Below are positions 55,251 to 64,000 of a DNA stretch of 64,000 nucleotides, one piece after another. The stretch comes from Macrostomum lignano (taxonomy: Eukaryota): contig NIVC01000294.1 in NCBI GenBank assembly GCA_002269645.1, forward strand, positions 1 through 64,000. The letters are read 5' to 3'. Position 1 is the first letter of the stretch. Every line of letters starts with the position of its first letter. Position numbers and translations under genes: made by a program. The notes below the pieces were generated by a model. It was not told the DNA's origin and made no database searches. It worked only from the letters and a program-made list of their open reading frames with translations.

Positions 55251-55724
55251 GAAAAAAATGAGTCAAGCCACAAAACTGCCGCTGGACCAGGATCTCATGT
55301 CAGATCGGAACGACGGTGAAAAAGTGAAATGAATGTTACAGACCCAAATGAATAAATACAGTAATTTCCTTTCGAAGTGCCTGTTACTTTAACCCCAATG
55401 CATCCAGATAAAAGTAACAGAAAATACAGTTTATACCAGAAACGTAGTCAAATAATTTGATTTACCAACGCGTTAAAAATTAGTTTTGCTTAAATAACTT
55501 TTGATTCACTTTACAAACCATTTCTGTTTTCTGAAATACTAGATAAGCTGTTATTCACCTTTTGAATATTTAAAATAAACTTTTTGACGATTGACAGCAA
55601 ATGAGAAAATGGCTTAAAACAATAGAATATAGGATATAGACATCCAAGAATTTTAAAGTGACCAGACTTGAAGAGATCTGCGAGGGTTGTCCAGCAGATA
55701 AAGATTTGGGAGGGAGACTTCATA

Positions 55725-56010
55725 AATGAGCATCTGGGAGGCTGGCCCAGCAATTGAGGATCCGGGATGGTGGCCCAGCAACTGAGGATCTGGAAAGCTG
55801 GTACCCCAGCAACTGAGGATCTGGGAGGCTGGCCCAGCAACTGAGGATCTGGGAGGCTGGCCCTGCAACTGAGGATCTGGGAGGCTGGCCCTGCAACTGA
55901 GGATCTGGGAGGCTGGCCCAGCAACTGAGGATCTGGGAGGCTGGCGGTGGCCCAGCAACTGAGGATCTGGGAGGCTGGCGGTGGCCAGCAACTGAGGATC
56001 TTGGAGGCTG
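55725..56010 (-). repeat. 28-bp minisatellite, reverse complement of the 2535-3405 family
   Basis: ggaggctggcccagcaactgaggatctg units. Confidence 0.9.
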
Positions 56011-56408
56011 GCAGAAGCTTGCAGTTGTCACTTCACAGGTAGCGGTCGGCATATGACGGCATATGAAGATCGGAGAGTAGAGAGAATGCTTTAATAACCA
56101 TTACCTTCTTACCTGCATCAAATAATTTGTATGGAAAACTGTATTCGTACAATAATTACGATAATTGTATACAGTAAAAAGGAGGGCACAACAAAACCAA
56201 AGCGATTGTTTGTCCATCCGAAACGCTGGCAAAATACGATTCAGGCTTGGCTTAAAAATCGCTTGTTTGATATATTTTTTCTCATCATTTTTTTTCACAA
56301 TTTTTTGGGGGGGCAAAAATTTGATCATGAAACATGAATATAATAATAATAATAATAAACAGTAATTAATATTATTTACTATTTTTCTTTCTTCTCTTAT
56401 TTCTCTCC

Positions 56409-57778
56409 CTAACTGCTCTCTTTCGCTTTCAAGTCAGTGTCGAACCCGGTATCCGCGTCCAGCACGATGTTGACATCCGGGCTAGCCAATGGCGCCGCCG
56501 AACCCGACGACAAGCCGCAGCCAGTCGGCAGAAACTCCAGCCCGATATTGTGCAGCGGACACGTCATTCTTAGCTGGTTGTAACGCTCGCCAGTTAGCAG
56601 CACGCTGGACTGCTCAGGCCGATCGTCTGAGCCTGACAAATAGTGCTGGGCGATGGACAGTCCGGACAGAGAGTAGCAGCAGTGATAGGGGTCCGGACTG
56701 CCCGGTGGCTTATCGAACAGACCGCCAGTGCGTTTCTGACAGCATGCCAGTACGTAGCATTGCAGGCGTTCCTGATCGAACAGCCAGGCACCCTCAGCCA
56801 GAGTGGCCAGCCTGGGCGGTAGGCTGCTCTGCAACGCCGGGAACAGGGCCGACAGCCAGAAACTGTAGCACGAGTCCACCAGCTTGTTAGTCCGGCCCTG
56901 GAAGCCGCCTTCGAATCGCATCTGACGCGTAGCGGCCCAGCGAAGCAGGCGGCGGCAGTCGCAGGCGTCAGTCCGATTCAACAGTTTCAAAGCGGCAAAT
57001 GCACAGTAGGCGTAGCCGCCGTGAGCTTCTGAGCCGGGCACACCGCCAAATCCGCCTTCGTAGGTTTGACAGCGACCGACCCACTCGGCGGTGCCTCGAA
57101 CAAGCTGTCAAACTCTGGCAGATTCAACAGCCTAGCAACCGACACGGCGCAATAGACGCCGCGTACATCTGTCTCGCCGTCGACTTGCATCCGGTAGGAT
57201 CCGTCAGCCTGGTGAAGACTTGACAACCAGCTGGACATGGCTGGTTTATCAACCAAATCCAGTCGCCCCAGGATGCACAGACAGTTCACGGCGGCATAGG
57301 TCACAGCTAGGTGAGCAACTTGATGAGGTCCGCCACCGAAACCGCCAGTTGTTCGACACTGCATCGTAGATAACAAATCGGCAAGCGACGCGGCAATGTC
57401 ATCGTCCAGGTCTTCGCCGAGTAGATAAAGCGCGTGCACAGACCAGTAGGCTAGCCAAGCCTGACTCGCGTCCAAGCCGCTGAAACTGGCAGGCAGATTG
57501 CGCAATCGCCTGGTCAAATAGTCGATATGCTCTTCTCTTAGAAGCAGCAATTGCTGCTGCTGCTGCTGCTGTTGATCGCCGCTAGAAACCGAGGCGGCAG
57601 CCGCCGCGGCGTGACGCCGAAGACAGTCGTAGCAGGCCTGCTCTTGTTCAACCTGAGCGTCAAGAGTTTGAGACTGGCTGATTTGGCTAGCTGTAGCGGA
57701 TGTCATCTCGTCTGTGTGCAGCGCTATGATGCTGGATGCTGTAGGCAGGTGAGCAGCCTGTTGCTGGTGTCGCTGCAT
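56409..57778 (-). CDS. FNTB: Protein farnesyltransferase subunit beta, intronless; 1-nt loss at ~57094
   Basis: LLREEHIDYL...LDASQAWLAYWSVHAL...GGFGGGPHQVAHLAVTYAAVNCL...DGETDVRGVYCA. One G restored gives [38 protein letters not shown]...RQMRFEGGFQGRTNKLVDSCYSFW...GLFDKPPGSPDPYHCCYSLSGLSIAQH. Confidence 0.92.
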
Positions 57779-58324
57779 GCTGGCTGAATTTTTTTAAACA
57801 GAAACGGAAGAGTTTATTGAGTGAATTTTTATTTCAGTGAACTATAGATGACAAATACTAGCTAAAGTTTTGCCCCCCTTCGGGGAGCAGAAATAATTAA
57901 TATTCGTCTAATATAATATACCTTTTAGCAGGAGTACTTTAAGTGTCTTTCTTAAGCTTAAGCTTAAAATAGGAATTTTTGGAGATCGTTAATAACGCAT
58001 TTTAGGTAAAACAAAACTATCAACTTTTTACAGTTTTTTAGTTTAGAGCCCTGTATATGTCAACGTGTTTGATAAAAATTATTTTTATCATTTTTGATAA
58101 AAAATGGCCTTCGGGTGGCCAATAAGCAAGGGACGAATCCTTTTAAATGAAAAAAAATTCTTAGGGAGGGGGCTAGGAATCGAATTCTCATTTTAATTCC
58201 AGGCTTATGTACCAATAAAACATGTTTGTGCAGAATTTTATAACAGACATTGAAATTCAACCATACTTGCCTTCTTTCAGAGCTACTTCTACCAGTATGC
58301 TTCAGTACGCTACCAGTACCCTTG

Positions 58325-59260
58325 TAAGCCTTGACATGTCAGCAATCCCCCCCACAAGCCTTAACATATCAACTCCCCCTTGACATCTCAGCAATGCTCC
58401 CACAAGCCTTGAAATCTTAAAAAATCTGTCTATTTTCTAACCCTAACCCTAACCCTAACCCTAACCCTAAAGCATTGAAATTTCAGTAATTCTCTCTAAG
58501 AGTCTATAGCACTACTACAGCATTATAGCGATTCCCTGCAAGCCTCGACATCGTAGGGATTCCCAAATGAATCTCTTAACTTTGACATGAAGCTTCTTTT
58601 TTTTTTACATTACGCTTTTTCTATCAGCGATCCCTCCCGTGAGGAGCCAACAAATAATGTAATAACTTTTTTCCAATAAACTACATGTAGCTTCTGACAT
58701 TAGCCTTGACATCTCATTTATTCCCCGTGAGCCTTGACATCTCAGCTATAGATAGATAGATAGATTCCCCTCGTAAGCCTTGACATGTCAGCGATGCCCC
58801 CATAAACCTTGAAATCTAAAAAATCCCCTGTTAACCTTGAAACGCGCTAAAATCTAACCCTCAACCCAAACCTGACGTAAACCTAACTTTCACCCAACCT
58901 AAAGCCTTGAAATCACAGCAATTCTTCTTCCCTAAGCCTTGGCATTTAAGTGATTCCTTCTTTAAGAATCACAGCACTATAACGATTCCCTCCAAGCTTT
59001 GACATCGTAGCAATTCCCAAATGAATCTTTTAACTTTGACATGACTTTTATTTTATGTATACATAGTGCTCCTTTTATTTTTACATGACTCTTCTTCTAT
59101 CAGCGCCCCCCCCCACCGTGGCAAGCCAACAAAGAATGCAATAAAAAACTTAAGTAAAGTACATGTACTTTGAAGTAGCTTCTGACTTTTGCTTTAACAT
59201 CTCAGAAACCCCCCTGTAATCTCAGTTATTCTCTGTGAGCCTTGACGTCTCAGTAATTCT
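58325..59260. repeat. Degenerate ~450-bp tandem duplication
   Basis: Paired motifs: gccttgacatgtcagc (58329/58778), gacatcgtag..attcccaaatgaatct (58547/59001), ctatcagcg...agccaacaaa (58621/59097). Confidence 0.7.
58437..58470 (-). repeat. Interstitial telomeric repeat (TTAGGG)5-6
   Basis: ctaa(ccctaa)5 on the plus strand. Confidence 0.8.
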
Positions 59261-59329
59261 CCCCAGCACAGCACTGTACTATAGCTTCATTTAATTTTTA
59301 TATGACATTTCTTTCATGTCTGACATGAC

Positions 59330-60135
59330 GCTTCTTTTGATTTTTACGTTACGCTTCTTTTATTCTTCCATGATGCTTCTTAATTTTTTAAATGACACAC
59401 TTTCATTAGTTTTTATATGAGGCTTCTATAATTTTTTCATGACGCTTCTATGATTTTTACATGACGCTTCTATGATTTTTACATGACGCTTCTATGATTT
59501 TTTACATGACGCTTCTATGATTGTTTACATGACGCTTCTATGATTGTATACATGACGCTTCTATGATTGTTTACATGACGCTTTTATGATTGTTTACATG
59601 ACGCTTCTATGATTTTTACATGACGCTTCTATGATTTTTACATGACGCTTCTATGATTGTTTACATGACGCTTCTATGATTGTTTACATGACGCTTCTAT
59701 GATTTTAACATGACGCTTCTATGATTTTTTTACATGACGCTTCTATGATTGTTTACATGACGCTTGTATGATTGTTTACATGACGCTTGTATGATTTTAA
59801 CATGACGCTTCTATGATTGTTTACATTACGCTTCTATGATTGCTTGCATGACGCTTCTATGATTTTTTATGACGCTTTTATGATTTTAACATGACGCTTC
59901 TATGATTTTTTTACATGACGCTTCTATGATTGTTTACATGACGCTTGTATGATTGTTTACATGACGCTTTTATGATTTTAACATGACGCTTCTATGATTG
60001 TTTACATTACGCTTCTATGATTTTTACATGACGCTTCTATGATTTTTACATGACGCTTCTATGATTGTTTACATGACGCTTCTATGATTGTTTACATGAC
60101 GCTTGTATGATTGTTTACATGACGCTTCCATAATT
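59330..60135 (+). repeat. 22-23 bp minisatellite (catgacgcttctatgattgttta)
   Basis: About 32 copies. Confidence 0.95.
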
Positions 60136-60289
60136 TTTTTTGTCTTGGCGTTAAAAGGCTTTAATTAAAAAAACTCTACTCTCTAAAAATTCGAACCATC
60201 GTCCCTGCATTTAGCAGTTTAGTCTGTTTACCTCTAGGCTAGCTCTCATGAATTTTAGTCATTACCCCTAAATAGAAAATATTCCCAAG

Positions 60290-60500
60290 ACAGCAAGCAT
60301 CCCCCAGTAGCAAGCATCCCCTAATACTCCTAGCAAGCATCCACCCAGATAGCAAGCATCTGCAGATAGCAAGCATCTTGCAGATAGCAAGCATCTTGCA
60401 GATAGCAAGCATACCCCAAATAATGTAGAAGCATCCTTCCAGATAGCAAGCATCCTGCACATAGCAAGAATCCCTAAATAGCAAGCATCCCTGGATAGAA
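60290..60500 (+). repeat. Degenerate (tagcaagcatcc) repeat, reverse complement of the 51765-52400 family core
   Basis: About 10 tagcaagcat motifs. Confidence 0.7.
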
Positions 60501-60534
60501 ATAATCCTATACATGTAGCCAAGCTTATCAAGCG

Positions 60535-62865
60535 CAGTAATCCTTGGCTATCGAGTGCAGTAATCCTTGGTTTATTAATAGCAATAATCCATGGCTTATC
60601 GAGTGCAGTAATCCTTGGTTTATTAATAGCAATAATCCTTGGCTTATCGAGTGCAGTAATTCATGGTTTATTAATAGCAATAATCCTTGGCTTATCGAGT
60701 GCAGTAATCCTTGGTTTATTAATAGCAATAATCCATGCCTTATCGAGTGCAGTAATCCTTGGTTTATTAATAGCAATAATCCTTGGCTTATCGAGTGCAG
60801 TAATTCATGGTTTATTAATAGCAATAATCCATGGCTTATCGAGTGCAGTAATCCTTGGTTTGCCAAGAGCAATAGTCCTTGGCTTATCGAGTGCAGTAAT
60901 CCTTGGTTTGCCAAGAGCAATAGTCCTTGGTTTATTGAGTGCAGTAATCCTTGGTTTATTAATAGCAATAGTCCTTGGTTTATTGAGTGCAGTAATCCTT
61001 GGTTTATTAATAGCAATAATCCTTGGCTTATCGAGTGCAGTAATCCTTGGTTTGCCAAGTGCATAATCCTTGGTTTATCGAGTGCAGTAATCCTTGGTTT
61101 ATTAATAGCAATAATCCTTGGCTTATCGAGTGCAGTAATCCTTGGTTTATTAATAGCAATAATCCATGGCTTATCGAGTGCAGTAATCCTTGGTTTGCCA
61201 AGAGCAATAGTCCTTGGCTTATCGAGTGCAGTAATCCTTGGTTTGCCAAGAGCAATAGTCCTTGGTTTATTGAGTGCAGTAATCCTTGGTTTATTAATAG
61301 CAATAATCCTTGGCTTATCGAGTGCAGTAATCCTTGGTTTGCCAAGAGCAATAGTCCTTGGTTTTTTGAGTGCAGTAATCCTTGGTTTATTAATAGCAAT
61401 AATCCTTGGCTTATCGAGTGCAGTAATTCATGGTTTATTAATAGCAATAATCCTTGGCTTATCGATTGCAGTAATCCTTGGTTTGCCAAGTGCATAATCC
61501 TTGGTTTATTAATAGCAATAATCCTTGGTTTATCGAGTGCAGTAATCCTTAGTTTATTAATAGCAATAATCCTTGGCTTATCGAGTGCAGTAATCCTTGG
61601 TTTATTAATAGCAATAATCCATGGCTTATCGAGTGCAGTAATCCTTGGTTTGCCAAGAGCAATAGTCCTTGGCTTATCGAGTGCAGTAATCCTTGGTTTG
61701 CCAAGAGCAATAGTCCTTGGTTTATTGAGTGCAGTAATCCTTGGTTTATTAATAGCAATAGTCCTTGGCTTATCGAGTGCAGTAATCCTTGGTTTATTAA
61801 TAGCAATAATCCTTGGTTTATCGAGTGCAGTAATCCTTGGTTTATTAATTGCAATAATCCTTGGCTTATCGAGTGCAGTAATCCTTGGTTTATTAATAGC
61901 AATAATCCATGGCTTATGAGTGCAGTAATCCTTGGTTTATTAATAGCAATAATCCTTGGCTTATCGAGTGCAGTAATCCTTGGTTTGCCAAGAGCAATAG
62001 TCCTTGGCTTATCGAGTGCAGTAATCCTTGGTTTGCCAAGAGCAATAGTCCTTGGTTTATTGAGTGCAGTAATCCTTGGTTTATTAATAGCAATAATCCT
62101 TGGCTTATCGAGTGCAGTAATCCTTGGTTTGCCAAGAGCAATAGTCCTTGGTTTTTTGAGTGCAGTAATCCTTGGTTTATTAATAGCAATAGTCCTTGGT
62201 TTATTGAGTGCAGTAATGCTTGGTTTATTAATAGCAATAATCCTTGGCTTATCGATTGCAGTAATCCTTGGTTTGCCAAGTGCATAATCCTTGGTTTATT
62301 AATAGCAATAATCCTTGGTTTATCGAGTGCAGTAATCCTTAGTTTATTAATAGCAATAATCCTTGGCTTATCGAGTGCAGTAATCCTTGGTTTATTAATA
62401 GCAATAATCCATGGCTTATCGAGTGCAGTAATCCTTGGTTTGCCAAGAGCAATAGTCCTTGGCTTATCGAGTGCAGTAATCCTTGGTTTGCCAAGAGCAA
62501 TAGTCCTTGGTTTATTGAGTGCAGTAATCCTTGGTTTATTAATAGCAATAGTCCTTGGCTTATCGAGTGCAGTAATCCTTGGTTTATTAATAGCAATAAT
62601 CCTTGGTTTATCGAGTGCAGTAATCCTTGGTTTATTAATTGCAATAATCCTTGGCTTATCGAGTGCAGTAATCCTTGGTTTATTAATAGCAATAATCCAT
62701 GGCTTATGAGTGCAGTAATCCTTGGTTTATTAATAGCAATAATCCTTGGCTTATCGAGTGCAGTAATCCTTGGTTTGCCAAGAGCAATAATCCTTGGCTT
62801 ATCGAGTGCAGTATTCCTTGGTTTGCCAAGAGCAATAATCCTTAGCTTATCGAGTGCAGTAATCT
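60535..62865 (+). repeat. Composite 24-bp satellite (ggcttatcgagtgcagtaatcctt / ggtttattaatagcaataatcctt / ggtttgccaagagcaatagtcctt) with a ~790-bp higher-order duplication
   Basis: Alternating 24-mers form 48-bp dimers. Rare variants recur 790 bp apart (61485/62275; stop codons at 61919/62709). Confidence 0.95.
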
Positions 62866-62939
62866 AAGTGTTTTTATTTAGTCCTTTAATAAAAGCTTTT
62901 AATAAAAAATTTTACACTACTACTTTTAAACTACTTAGA

Positions 62940-63003
62940 TTAGATTCGAACCCAGGTCGCTGCATTAGCAGTCTGGTCTGCTCAGCTCTAGGCTAGCTCT
63001 CAT
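62940..63003 (-). other. tRNA-like/SINE-head fragment; a second, more degraded copy lies at ~60185-60250
   Basis: Minus strand gatgagagctagcctagagctgagcagaccagactgctaatgcagcgacctgggttcgaatc has box A/box B and a ctGCTaa loop-like motif but no complete acceptor stem. Confidence 0.5.
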
Positions 63004-64000
63004 CGAAGTTATCAGTGAATTTGTACCACTTATATAATTAATTCAACACTCACACCAAGTCAGGTAGAGTAAAAAGTCACGCGAAGCAGTTATGACATAA
63101 TCAATTTCTTAGGCAAGTCAGTACCAGTGTCTATGAAAGTTAACAATATGGTTACGTAATATAAATTCAGTACTGCACTATACTTTCACCCTCAAAGCTG
63201 TGACGCAATTCAATTGAGTGTCAAATTCAGCCAGTACACAGACGATAAATAAAGTGTATTGTGATGCAATCTATTTCAGAATCAGAATTCAACCAGTCAG
63301 ATTTTTCTCTAGCATTCTTACAATGCATTTCAGGTCGAAAGAGCTGCTTGACCTTTGCAAAAAATCATGTTTTTCGAATATTTAATCCCTTTAACATTGA
63401 GCAATTTCTTAGCCAATATGCATGTACCGTCCCGGGAAAATTTCTGATCGAATGGTGCAAGTTTGAAGAAAATCGGTTGAGCCGTTCGGGAGAAAATCAA
63501 TTACAAGCAAGCAACCAAGCATTTCATTTTTAGTATATTAGATTATGTAATAGACATGTTAAGCTAAATTCTTTATTAATAAGCTAAGTTTTTGTTAGGG
63601 TACAATTATTGGTCTGACCATTCCTTGTTGTCCCCTAGCTCAAGTGTTGGCTTTATAACCAATAACTAAGGTTCTTAATGTTGTTAGACCTAACTCAACA
63701 CCAGATTAGTATTTAAAAATAAACTAACCTCCTAACATAGAAAAAAGGTCATTAAAATAAACAACTTTTGATATTAATTAAAAAACAAAGCTAAAATAGC
63801 AATTAGTTAAGATAAGATCCAACTCTTAATCCCAAAATACCTAATATCCTAGGAAGATTGTTACATTATTATTTCTTAATTTAAAAAATGGCACATATTT
63901 AATGTTTATTGATTATAAAAGGCATGTGTTATTGATTTTGATTGCATTAATTGAAATTTAAAACCTTATAAAGTTCCTTACATTGTTTGAAAGAATGATT

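Noticed and set aside
60528-62709. CSNPWFINSNNPWLIE and related repeat ORFs
   Set aside because: 24-bp satellite open in several frames on both strands, with no start or splice context.
62940-63003. Functional tRNA-Ser(GCT) gene
   Set aside because: No paired acceptor stem and no long variable arm, so it is treated as a tRNA-derived repeat fragment.

Overview
Eukaryotic animal genomic DNA with GT-AG introns. Minisatellite-filled introns, tRNA-derived SINEs and (TTAGGG)n suggest a free-living flatworm such as Macrostomum; this is an inference from style, not a database match. Six protein-coding genes can be reconstructed: the 3' end of TBC1D25 (+), a FAM78-family gene (+), an MFSD2-like transporter (+), a giant 36-exon secreted-protein gene (+, 19374-43950), an RBBP6-like gene (-) and an intronless FNTB (-). 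The giant gene is the main discovery candidate. By manual splicing it encodes about 6,600 aa: signal peptide, 2x hemicentin-type VWA, VWD-C8-TIL, five ShK-like domains, one PAN/apple domain, about 5,000 aa of an unrecognised Lys/Arg/Cys-rich repeat, and an acidic Ser/Gly/Glu tail. This design suggests a glue, mucus or cement protein. The rest is about 20 micro/minisatellite arrays, two SINE families, a Gypsy gag relic and a possible LINE RT relic. Nine apparent frameshifts, mostly 1-nt losses in short homopolymers, are most likely long-read assembly errors.
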